A stretch of DNA of 64,000 bases from Macrostomum lignano (taxonomy: Eukaryota): the NCBI GenBank assembly GCA_002269645.1, contig NIVC01000016.1:620001-684000 (forward strand), given 5' to 3'. A program made the position numbers and the translations under genes. This document shows positions 51,196 to 64,000 of this stretch, one piece after another. Below the pieces are notes generated by a model. It did no database searches and was not told the DNA's origin. It worked only from the letters and a program-made list of their open reading frames with translations. Numbering within the stretch: position 1 is the stretch's first letter; every line of letters starts with the position of its first letter.

Positions 51196-51878
51196 TTAAC
51201 AACACCGATTCTAAAAAAAGTGCACATTTATGTAGAATTCTTGGCTTTGTCCCCCCAACCATAAAATCCATGAAGACACCCTGACGTCAAAAATTCTTAC
51301 TTGCGTCACGGCACTCCGTGGCATGCCATTGTTTCCTTTGTGCGATAATTGCAGCAATATTTTTGGATTGAAGTTTTCGCACCAAAGCGCAAAAAGAGCA
51401 TCGCAGCGAAGTTTGGTTGAGAATTCCTACAGGTTTTAAAGTGTCTTTCAGCAGCATTCAATGTGCACTTTTCAGCTCAACAACTTGCTTTCTGAAAACT
51501 GCTTTCAGGCCGAATTTTCTTGACAGACAACTTGCTAATGTTTACTGTGGAACTGTTATATTACAGAGTGACAGGCAGAAGTGCAGCAAGCGCTGAATAA
51601 AGATGCACTAAAGAGACAGGAACAACGTCGGAAAAAATGAAATTCTCTGTCCTCCCGGAACTTCCGTACAAAACGCTTCAAAGCTGAACCACCTCAGATC
51701 CGCCTCGTGCATTCGGAGCAAAGGTGAAGCTTCAATTCCTCTGCCGCGATGACGCACCTGCAGGAAGCAAAAATGCAATTTGGCGAGAGCCACCTGAGCA
51801 CCTGCTGCTGCTCTCTTTGAGCACAGATGGCTTCATGACCAGCCAATTATCTTGAGTAGCGGCAGCTCAAAACACCTC

Positions 51879-53454
51879 TAGTTGGGAAAATTTTCCCCAA
51901 TTATCGGCTTTGATAAATGTTTAGTTGGTGCAGATTCTCTGCGGATAATTGCGAAAATCGCAGCGGCAGCTGGGACCAAATTAATAGAAAAATTTCGATG
52001 CAGACGATTTTGGTCCATTATCTTATTTTCCTGCAGCTGAGCTCGAAATCTTTTACAGATTTGCTTTTCATTGATGAAAGATGCAAATCTTTTTTGCCCC
52101 AGCTTCGGGTACCTGTTCTCGAAGGTCCAAAAATAGTATTCTGAACTTCACGTGAAAATTCAGCTAAAAACAATTTCTACTTGTAAATACAACTCCATTT
52201 ATTTCAAATTTGACGTCGCAACTAAAAAAAAACTGGGGCGGAGTTGGACTTCAAAATTTGAAAAACGAAAAAACGGACTTCTTGAACTGCAGGTCACTAC
52301 CGAGCCTCCGGTGTATTGAGCAAATTTTATTAAATTTTTTGGTCTCTGGGCCTCTATTGACAGTTAGGTTAGTGAGCAAATTAATCCCTTGCTTAGGAAT
52401 CTTCCCTCCATATTCCCCTGATTAATGGTTTTTAGCTAGTATGGTCTCAAGCTACATGAAAATTGGTTTAAAAATGTAACTGTGCCGATAAATTTCACAG
52501 TGCCTACAGTTCGAGAAGTCCGAAAAATAGGCATACGCGATGAAATATGCAAACGGATTGTCGGACAAACGGAGTGCTGCATGAGCAGGTGCAAGAAGGG
52601 TCTGCAATGAGAGGCAGGAAAAGCGCTCTCCAACGTCACTCAGAGTTGACCTTCAGCGCCCTCAGCGTCTCCGCTAGGCCCCGATTGTGCCGCTGCTCCA
52701 TCAGTTTGGACACCTGCACGGAGTTTGTAGTTAATTAGTCTGGCTTTGGGCGCTTAACACACTCGCTCACACAGGATGTACCGCGGCTTATGACTTTTGC
52801 ATTGTCAGGCATATGTACACCCCACTCTGCGTGTTCGAATCGAATGCAACCCCGGGGTATTTCTAGCTTGAGTCTGACGCACTCGATAGCAGCTGAGCTA
52901 GCTGTACTCTGCCCCGTCCCATACCTGCACAGTAAGGTCCTGGTTAAACGCTTCGGCGCCTCTGTCGTTGCGGTTGTTGGACAGCACGACCGGCCCAGCC
53001 AGGCGAGTCACCATCGTGTTGGCGAAGTCCAGGCGTCGCAGCACCAGCACCTCCAGATTGAAGCTGGCTCCGCTGCGCTCCAGGTGCGAGAACGAGTCCA
53101 ACACCGGATAGTCGTCCTCCGTAACGATGATTCGAAGCCGGAAATCCTCCCGTTCCGGGTCCGGCTGCAGCACCGAGACCACCATTGCCTCTACGTCGCC
53201 GACAACCTGCAGGTTGTACTCGATCAGGCGGTAGATGAGGCGCGAGTCGGCGCTGGTGGAGAAGAACAAGCTGGGCGCCAGCTGGGCCAGGCCTCTCGCA
53301 GTTGTTTTTCGATGCATTTGAATTCGAGTTTCTGCTCGTTTGCAAAAACCGGCTGCGCGAAAGGACGAACTTTTGTAATTTTAGTCAAGCGCTTTTTGTG
53401 CACTTTCGAATTGTCTATGTCCACTGCCGCCAAGTTTTGCTCGATCTGCTGCAT
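51879..53454 (-). pseudogene. RNI-like leucine-rich-repeat gene with at least one apparent frameshift (pseudogene or assembly indel)
   Basis: Phase-compatible exons approx. 53355-52925, 52713-52651, 52601-52537, 52353-52279 and from 52140. They encode LRR-like motifs LEVLVLRRLDF, VLSNNRNDRGAEAF, LRLSDNPF, ILFLDLREQVPEAGAKKI and QLQENKIMDQ. The last two are in different frames across the T6 run at 52090-52095. Confidence 0.55.
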
Positions 53455-54036
53455 TTTAATCTTGATAAACTTGAAAAATTCGTGCAATATCTTGAAAGAT
53501 AATCTTGAAAATCTATAGGGAACAACGCAAATAACCAAATTTTCTATTCGCCTTCTGCTTATCCAAAGATCATTTAATGGTTTTTCGACTTTGATTGTAG
53601 AAAAATGCCACTGGTGGACAACTTTTTAGTCTCACTAACGAATTTTGTCTTCTTTTCACTTCTCGCGCAATCAACTGACAGCTAATTTCATCTCGAACCC
53701 AATTTGGTCTTCTGACATTTCCACACCTTCTTTAAAATTTCTTTCTTTAAAAGACAGATGAAGGTCTATTGACAGAAATCAAGAAGGCTGGGCAGACAAA
53801 ATGCACAGACAGCCGACAGTATGCAGACAGAAACCCGATGATGTCCCTGATCTAATTAATATCAATTAACGATAGTTCATCGTCAAAGAAAAGGATCTTT
53901 TGACAGTACAGTACGGCCTTTTTGGGTATTTTACTTGGCGCTTACACGCTTGTTTGACTACTTCTAGTCAAGCTAAACGCATTTTAATTTAATTTTTGCT
54001 TCAAAGTGTCTTCTTACCCAAATACTATCAAATATA

Positions 54037-55027
54037 CCTTTTCAACTTCGGATTCGTCAAAAGTGAGTTTAAATTCGTCAGCGCATGCAAAACTATATAG
54101 CGCTCAAGGGGAAGAGAATGAGTGTCTATGGTAAATTTTTAGAGAAAGTGACTTCGAATTCGTCTGAGTAAGTGAAATTCGTCAGTGCAAATGCAGCCTG
54201 ACCAGAAAAAGTGTCTGCTTTGTCCATGGCAAGAAAAGAAGGTGTCTATGGTAAATTTAAGTAAGAAAGTGAGTGAATTTCGTCTGTGGAAAAGTAGCCC
54301 AATTTCCTGAAATCTTCATTTCATGCTTTGATTGTTGTCAGAGATGCCCTACATGACAACAAACAGCCAATGTAACGCACAAAGTCCCGTCAAGCCGACG
54401 ACTGATTGCCTGCGTTGTCACAGCAGGAGCAGCAGGAAAATCTGCAACAAACTTTTGCTGCATTTCTTTGAGGGTCACCGTCGGCTTCTCTTCCACATAC
54501 CTCGTCAACGGCCCGAGCATCTCCTCAGAAAACCTTAGTCTTACTGCACCGCCACGCACGTTAAGATCAATCATCCCCTGATAAACATATCTCCTGATGA
54601 TGTCACTGGCAGTTGTCCTCTTGATATCCAGTTCAATTGCGAGTTGTCTCCAGTCTCGTCCTTGTTGAAAACATCGCACGAGTCTAGAGCGATCCACGGA
54701 CGAAATTCTCATGTAGGGCATCTCTGACAACAATCAAAGAATGAAATGAAGATTTCAGGAAATTGAGCTACTTTTCCACAGACGAAATTCACTCACTTTC
54801 TTACTTAAATTTACCATAGACACCTTCTTTTCTTGCCATGGACAAAGCAGACACTTTTCTGATCAGGCTGTATTTGCACTGACGAATTTCACTTACTTAG
54901 ACGAATTCAAAGTCACTTTCTCTAAAAATTTACCATATACACTCATTCTCTTCCCCTTGAGCGCTATATAGGTTTGCATACGCTGACAAATTTGAACTCA
55001 CTTTTGACGAATCAGAAGTTGAAAAGG
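54037..55027. mobile_element. Tc1/IS630-superfamily internally deleted element, about 1 kb, TIRs about 320 bp (54037-54356, 54709-55027), TA-flanked
   Basis: Termini TA-CCTTTTCAACTT...AAGTTGAAAAGG-TA (the boundary could include the TA); arms match over about 320 bp; internal direct repeat GTGTCTATGGTAAATTT at 54122 and 54242. Confidence 0.93.
54338..54721 (-). CDS. Truncated Tc1/IS630-type transposase: N-terminal paired-like HTH region only, no DDE domain
   Basis: MPYMRISSVDRSRLVRCFQQGRDWRQLAIELDIKRTTASDIIRRYVYQG...RGG...FSEEMLGPLTRYVEEKPTVTLKEMQ...TTQAISRRLDG; shows HTH, GRPR-like RGG linker and second HTH, then runs into the opposite TIR. Confidence 0.8.
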   Translation of the reverse strand: MPYMRISSVDRSRLVRCFQQGRDWRQLAIELDIKRTTASDIIRRYVYQGMIDLNVRGGAVRLRFSEEMLGPLTRYVEEKPTVTLKEMQQKFVADFPAAPAVTTQAISRRLDGTLCVTLAVCCHVGHL

Positions 55028-55189
55028 TATATTTAGCAAAATATTGCTTTAACATAGCTTTTTTGCAGCCCATTTGGGTTTACGCGCATTGAATTTAATC
55101 CAAGATACATTTGCCAATGTAACGGAGCTTTTGTCTATGGTAGCAAGGCTGCCACAGCGGCATTTAATTTGGTCGGGAAACCAAATTAA

Positions 55190-56660
55190 ATGCCCGCAGA
55201 CGAATTGCCCGCAGGAGATTTGCCCGCAGGAGATTTGCCCGCAGGAGATTTGCCCGCAGGAGATTTGCCCGCAGGAGATTTGCCCGCAGACGAATTGCCC
55301 GCAGGAGATTTGCCCGCAGGAGATTTGCCCGCAGGAGATTTGCCCGCAGGAGATTTGCCCGCAGGAGATTTGCCCGCAGGAGATTTGCCCGCAGGAGATT
55401 TGCCCGCAGGAGATTTGCCCGCAGGAGATTTGCCCGCAGGAGATTTGCCCGCAGGAGATTTGCCCGCAGGAGATTTGCCCGCAGGAGATTTGCCCGCAGG
55501 AGATTTGCCCGCAGGAGATTTGCCCGCAGGAGATTTGCCCGCAGGAGATTTGCCCGCAGGAGATTTGCCCGCAGGAGATTTGCCCGCAGGAGATTTGCCC
55601 GCAGGAGATTTGCCCGCAGGAGATTTGCCCGCAGGAGATTTGCCCGCAGGAGATTTGCCCGCAGGAGATTTGCCCGCAGGAGATTTGCCCGCAGGAGATT
55701 TGCCCGCAGGAGATTTGCCCGCAGGAGATTTGCCCGCAGGAGATTTGCCCGCAGGAGATTTGCCCGCAGGAGATTTGCCCGCAGGAGATTTGCCCGCAGG
55801 AGATTTGCCCGCAGGAGATTTGCCCGAAGGAGATTTGCCCGCAGGAGATTTGCCCGCAGGAGATTTGCCCGCAGGAGATTTGCCCGCAGGAGATTTGCCC
55901 GCAGGAGATTTGCCCGCAGGAGATTTGCCCGCAGGAGATTTGCCCGCAGGAGATTTGCCCGCAGGAGATTTGCCCGCAGAAGATTTGCCCGCAGACGAAT
56001 TGCCCGCAGACGAATTGCCCGCAGACGAATTGCCCGCAGACGAATTGCCCGCAGACGAATTGCCCGCAGACGAATTGCCCGCAGACGAATTGCCCGCAGA
56101 CGAATTGCCCGCAGACGAATTGCCCGCAGACGAATTGCCCGCAGACGAATTGCCCGCAGGAGATTTGCCTGCAGACGAATTGCCCGCAGACGAATTGCCC
56201 GCAGACGAATTGCCCGCAGACGAATTTCCCGCAGACGAATTTCCCGCAGACGAATTGCCCGCAGGAGATTTGCCCGCAGGAGATTTGCCTGCAGGAGATT
56301 TGCCCGCAGGAGATTTGCCCGCAGGAGATTTGCCCGCAGGAGATTTGCCCGCAGGAGATTTGCCCGCAGACGAATTGCCCGCAGACGAATTGCCCGCAGA
56401 CGAATTGCCCGCAGGAGATTTGCCTGCAGACGAATTGCCCGCAGACGAATTGCCCGCAGACGAATTGCCCGCAGGAGATTTGCCTGCAGACGAATTGCCC
56501 GCAGACGAATTGCCCGCAGACGAATTGCCCGCAGACGAATTTCCCGCAGACGAATTGCCCGCAGGAGATTTACCCGCCGAGCTTTTCCCGCCGAGAATTG
56601 CCCGCAGTGCATTTTGCCCGCGAGCGAATTGCCCGTGGAGATTTGCCCGCCGAGCCCCCA
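55190..56660. repeat. Satellite, 15-bp unit GGAGATTTGCCCGCA / GACGAATTGCCCGCA
   Basis: Direct reading; accounts for ORFs 55074..56681, 55164..56663, 55186..56661 and 55190..56665. Confidence 0.98.
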
Positions 56661-57127
56661 CATAAGCCAGCTAAAATTTAATATTCAGAAAAAGTTGTAT
56701 GTATGCAATGAGTCAGAGTCTATGGTATGAACTAAATTGTTTGTACTGTTTCATTTTTACCAGACTACCATAGACTATGTCCTACGAAACAGTGCTATAT
56801 AGGAAAGGAGAAAGGACTTCTCAGTTGACTGACGAGCTGTAAAATGACTACGACCCGGCTTCTTCTTCATTCCTTTGTAATTGTACGTAAAAAGCTTTCC
56901 ATGAAATAATGCTATTACTGCACGGCATTGATGCACGGGCCATAGGCAAACAACGACAATTCCGTGGGGTGTGCGGCCCGCAAAATCATTGAAAGCAGAA
57001 ATTTTTTCTTTATTTACGCATCAATTTACCGGTATGGACGATTTATAACTTTGGGCAGCCAGTGTTTATAGTGCATGCGCCTATCTATGGCTAGGAGAGG
57101 AAAGTTAGGTATGCATGTACATTTCTG

Positions 57128-60132
<3,005 letters not shown>

Positions 60133-60464
60133 TCTCTCCAGCAGAAATATCCTGTTGCACAGTGTTAGTCGCTAAGCTGAGGTATTGATATTAATAAATT
60201 TATGCCAGAAGTCGGGGTGTTTTCAGAAATGACAGAAAAGTAAATTTCATGCAAAGATCGTACACTCTGTGCTGCTGTGCTGCTTATCTAACACTGCTGT
60301 TCAAGCTTTTAGAAGCAATTTCTGTGACAAAAACAGAAATTCCTAAGGTGCAGTCAACATTATCAATGTATTTATCTTAACCGCTTTGACTAACTGTATT
60401 TCTGCTTCTTTGCCAAAGCAAATGTAGTGTAAATGAACAGTGTGCTTTGAAATCGTAAACCGAG

Positions 60465-61545
60465 TGAGATGGAGAGAGGAGAGGTGGGGCGAGGGAGAGA
60501 GGAGAGGTGGAGTGAGTGAGAGGAGACGTGGAGCGAGGGAGAGAGGAGAGGTGGAGTGAGTGAGAGGAGAGGTGGAGCGAGGGAGACAGGAGAGGTGGAG
60601 TGAGTGAGAGGAGAGGTGGAGTGAGTGAGAGGAGACGTGGAGCGAGGGAGAGAGGAGAGGTGGAGTGAGTGAGAGGAGACGTGGAGCGAGGGAGAGAGGA
60701 GAGGTGGAGTGAGTGAGAGGAGACGTGGAGTGAGTGAGAGGAGACGTGGAGCGAGGGAGAGGAGAGGTGGAGTGAGTGAGAGGAGAGGTGGAGTGAGTGA
60801 GAGGAGACGTAGAGTGAGGGAGAGAGGAGAGGTGGAGTGAGGGAGAGGAGAGGTGGAGTGAGTGAGAGGAGACGTGGAGCGAGGGAGAGGAGAGGTGGAG
60901 TGAGTGAGAGGAGAGGTGGTGTGAGTGAGAGGAGACGTAGAGCGAGGGAGAGAGGAGAGGTGGAGTGAGTGAGAGGAGAGGTGGAGTGAGTGAGAGGAGA
61001 GGTGGGGTGAGTGAGAGGAGAGGTGGAGTGAGTGAGAGGAGAGGTGGAGTGAGTGAGAGGAGAGGTGGAGTGAGTGAGAGGAGACGTGGAGCGAGGGAGA
61101 GGAGAGGTGGAGTGAGTGAGAGGAGAGGTGGTAAGAGTGAGAGGAGACGTAGAGCGAGGGAGAGAGGAGAGGTGGAGTGAGTGAGAGGAGAGGTGGAGTG
61201 AGTGAGAGGAGAGGTGGAGTGAGTGAGAGGAGAGGTGGAGTGAGTGAGAGGAGAGGTGGAGTGAGTGAGAGGAGAGGTGGAGTGAGTGAGAGGAGAGGTG
61301 GAGTGAGTGAGAGGAGAGGTGGAGTGAGTGAGAGGAGAGGTGGAGTGAGTGAGAGGAGAGGTGGAGTGAGTGAGAGGAGAGGTGGAGTGAGTGAGAGGAG
61401 AGGTGGAGTGAGGGAGAGGAGAGGTGGAGTGAGTGAGAGAAGAGGTGGAGTGAGGGAGAGAGGAGAGGTGGAGTGAGTGAGAGGAGAGGTGGAGTGAGGG
61501 AGAGAGGAGAGGTGGAGTGAGTGAGAGGAGAGGTGGAGTGAGGAA
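60465..61545. repeat. Purine-rich minisatellite, 21-bp unit GAGAGGAGAGGTGGAGTGAGT
   Basis: Direct reading. Confidence 0.96.
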
Positions 61546-61847
61546 GAGAAACGATAAGTAGATAGAAGCAAGTGTGCAGTTAAACCTTTTGTCCCTTTTG
61601 CACATCCTGCTTGAAGAAAATTCTACATTAACTGAGCATTGCTATTCGCGAGGGGCACCGCGGACAGCATGAGTAGTTCTACTGGACAGATAAGCATATT
61701 GATAAGGATGTTTGTCGGACCTCTTTATCAGGATTTAGTTGACGTCAGCCAGAATCTACTAGCGCATATATTCTAGACTAAATTGTGGACTGCAATATCC
61801 CCGATCTAAAGTAGAGCGTGATAGTTGGCAACTACTGGCTTGAGAAC

Positions 61848-62243
61848 ATGAGCGAGCCGCAGCAGCAGCAGCAGCAGCCTCCACCCTATGATGTCGTCAC
61901 TCTCGAACCAAATGCCGCAACTATCGAAGAGAGCAGCCAGGCGGCCGAGCCCGAGCTCAAGCGATCCAGAATTAGAATGCGCTGTCCGTACTGCGGTTCG
62001 AACATTCGAACTCGAGTCAGCAGCCAGATGGACATCGGTATGTCGAAGTGCGCCACCGTGTGCGTTGTGACCTGCGTCACGGTGACCTTGACGGTGTTGT
62101 TCGGTCTCCTCTGCCTGCCTGCGCTACTCTGCTGGGTGCACAGGTACTCCATCGTGGTGCACACCTGCCCGGAGTGCAAACTGGAACTGGGCCGCTACAA
62201 TCCGAGGTCACCTGCAGAGGGCGAAGCTGCGATCAACGAGTGA
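61848..62243 (+). CDS. LITAF/SIMPLE-domain (zf-LITAF-like) protein, 131 aa, single exon
   Basis: N-terminal PPPY motif, CPYC, a hydrophobic Cys-rich stretch, then HTCPEC...LGRY: the LITAF domain architecture. Confidence 0.9.
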   Translation: MSEPQQQQQQPPPYDVVTLEPNAATIEESSQAAEPELKRSRIRMRCPYCGSNIRTRVSSQMDIGMSKCATVCVVTCVTVTLTVLFGLLCLPALLCWVHRYSIVVHTCPECKLELGRYNPRSPAEGEAAINE

Positions 62244-62469
62244 TTGCGAGACTGGGAATTGTCATTGTGCTGAAGAACTTTGAAAAGAAATTATTATTTG
62301 GTTTAGGTGTAACTTCTCTGTCCATTGACCTGTTGGAAAATCAATTATTTGCAGCAAATTCATTTTCATATGCGAGACCATGGCTATAATCAATCGATTT
62401 CAGAGGAGTTCGTTATTCTTTCATCTGGTATTGATAAATAAAAGGTGATACACGATGCTGAGAGATAAT

Positions 62470-63090
62470 GTTATCGATTTTTAAGGGGGGGGGTTTATAA
62501 ATCTCGAAATAGTTGAGATTATCAATGTCTAGAGAGTGAGATTTTATACTTCAATAGGCTGAGATTATCGATTTCTAGAGGGTGAGATTATCGATTTCTA
62601 GAGGGTGAGACTATCGATTTCTAGAGGGTGAGATTATCGATTTTATAGGGTGAGATTATCGATTTCTAGAGGGTGAGATTATCGATTTCTAGAGGGTGAG
62701 ATTATCGATTTCTAGAGGGTGAGATTATCGATTTCTAGAGGGTGAGATTATCGATTTCTAGAGGGTGAGATATCGAATTTCGAGAGGATGAAATTGTTGA
62801 CTTCTCGAGGGTGAGATTATCGATTTCTAGAGGGTGAAATTATCGATTACTAGAGGGTGAGATTATCGATTTCTAGAGGGTGAAATTATCGATTGCTATA
62901 AGGTGAGACTATCGATTTCTAGAGGGTTAAATTATCGATTGCTATAAGGTGAGATTATCGATTTCTAAAGGGATGAAATTATCGATTTCTAGCGGATGAA
63001 ATTATCGATTTCTAGGGCATGAAATTATCGATTTACAGAGTGTGAAATTATCGATTTATAGTGTGAAATTATCGATTTCTTGTGGGTGAA
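62470..63090. repeat. Minisatellite, 23-bp unit GAGATTATCGATTTCTAGAGGGT
   Basis: Direct reading; period 23 (62581 to 62604). Confidence 0.95.
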
Positions 63091-63486
63091 AGCATCGTAT
63101 TTCATTAGGCTCAATACTTGAGAAGTTGCTGTTCCAAAAATGCAACGTCTACTCTTTGTAGCTGGCGTTTAAAACAAGCAAGAATCAACAGCCAAAAAAA
63201 CATTGGTTTGTCGTCTGCTTCTAAATTTTTACCAACCTTTGGCAAAGCACTCACAGGAAGCAACCCAGCCACCCCTGCTTGCTAATAAACTTAGCAGATG
63301 CACAGCCTGTGCGCAGTGCAGGGCGGGCAGTCAATGCACACCGCCAGCTGCACCCCACTGCACACTCTACCCCAGCTGTACAATACGCACAGGCCGCAGC
63401 ACTAAGACGGAAGGCGCAGGCAGTTCATTTCAGCCTTCATCTCAGCAGTGAATTCTCAGCTAACTGCAAGCATCGCAGAGGCCGTC

Positions 63487-64000
63487 ATGCCGCTCCGCCA
63501 GCCGCTGAACCTGCGCACCAGACTGCACCAGGTGCGAGCTCGCTACCCATCCACCTGGGCCATCCTGGGCCGCAAGCTGCAGCAAGGCGAATCTTGGCGA
63601 GCTCTGGTTGAAGACTACCTGGACTCTGAGGGCCGGCCTCTGTCAGCCGACCAGGCCCTGCTGGTCTGCCAGAGTCCTGGCGGAGAAGCCGCGGCCGCCC
63701 TGCTGCTGTGGGAGCGCAGCTGCAGCCTTGAAGAGCTGCTGGAGGTCCTGAGCCGTCGAGGACTTCGCGAAGCCGAGGCCTTCGTGCGGTCCAACCTGCT
63801 GAACCAGGCCTGGCAGCCTCCGCCCACGACTGCGGAGCCGCCCCCTCCGTCCCTTCCGCCCCGCCCCCGCCCCGCCCGCGCCTCCGCCTCCGCCTCCACC
63901 AGACGACTCGCCGCTGGAGTTCCCGGCGGAGCAGCTGCGGCGCGCCGTGGCCTGCGGCTCCCTGATCGGCTCGGGCGGCTTCGCCGAGGTCTTCCGGACG
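63487..64000 (+). CDS. IRAK/Pelle-family death-domain protein kinase, 5' part; apparent 1-nt frameshift in the C-rich linker; truncated by the window end
   Basis: Death-domain-like LQQGESWRALVEDYLDSEGRPL...ALLLWERSCSLEELLEVLSRRGLREAEAFV (IRAK4-like pattern), Pro-rich linker, then in the +1 frame DDSPLEFPAEQLRRAVACGSLIGSGGFAEVFR (IRAK-type lead-in and kinase glycine loop). Confidence 0.8.
   Translation, partial: MPLRQPLNLRTRLHQVRARYPSTWAILGRKLQQGESWRALVEDYLDSEGRPLSADQALLVCQSPGGEAAAALLLWERSCSLEELLEVLSRRGLREAEAFVRSNLLNQAWQPPPTTAEPPPPSLPPRPRPARASASASTRRLAAGVPGGAAAARRGLRLPDRLGRLRRGLPD

Noticed and set aside
49592-51284. Many long ORFs (RRQNECL, AKMSAC, ALILA repeats)
   Set aside because: All are translations of the 21-bp satellite in different frames.
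49617-51285. hAT-type MITE call from CAGG...CCTG ends
   Set aside because: The TIR match is only about 4 bp and the flanking 8-mers differ (ATCCTGTG versus ACGTCAAA), so no TSD; kept only as a hypothesis in findings.
55074-56681. Four ORFs of 491-535 aa on both strands
   Set aside because: A stop-free 15-bp unit opens several frames at once; no unique domain, splice context or homology.

Overview
Eukaryotic (animal) genomic DNA, not prokaryotic: spliced genes with GT-AG introns lie in short unique islands between about 30 tandem-repeat arrays, many of them intronic. The architecture resembles the flatworm Macrostomum, but that is inference only. Well-supported genes: RPL7 (uL30), SmF (SNRPF), BTF3/NAC-beta, a 9-exon AIP3/Bud6-domain protein of the SRCIN1/KIAA1217 family (5' end unresolved), a LITAF-domain gene, and an IRAK/Pelle-type death-domain kinase cut off by the window end. 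Two further genes are not shown correctly by the ORF track: a 98-aa secreted prepropeptide (signal peptide, KR site), and a 498-aa helical, Gln-rich, tail-anchored protein with a KASH-like C-terminus. There is also a frameshifted RNI-like LRR gene. Mobile DNA: a 699-bp foldback element with a 6-bp TSD, a 1-kb Tc1/IS630-type deletion derivative with about 320-bp TIRs encoding only the HTH region, and a decayed hAT transposase with a nested insertion. Much of 28.4-46.5 kb is AT-rich and visibly CpG-depleted, with signs of heavy C-to-T mutation. No rRNA, tRNA or CRISPR array was found. All exon models were built by hand using splice-phase checks; no database searches were run.
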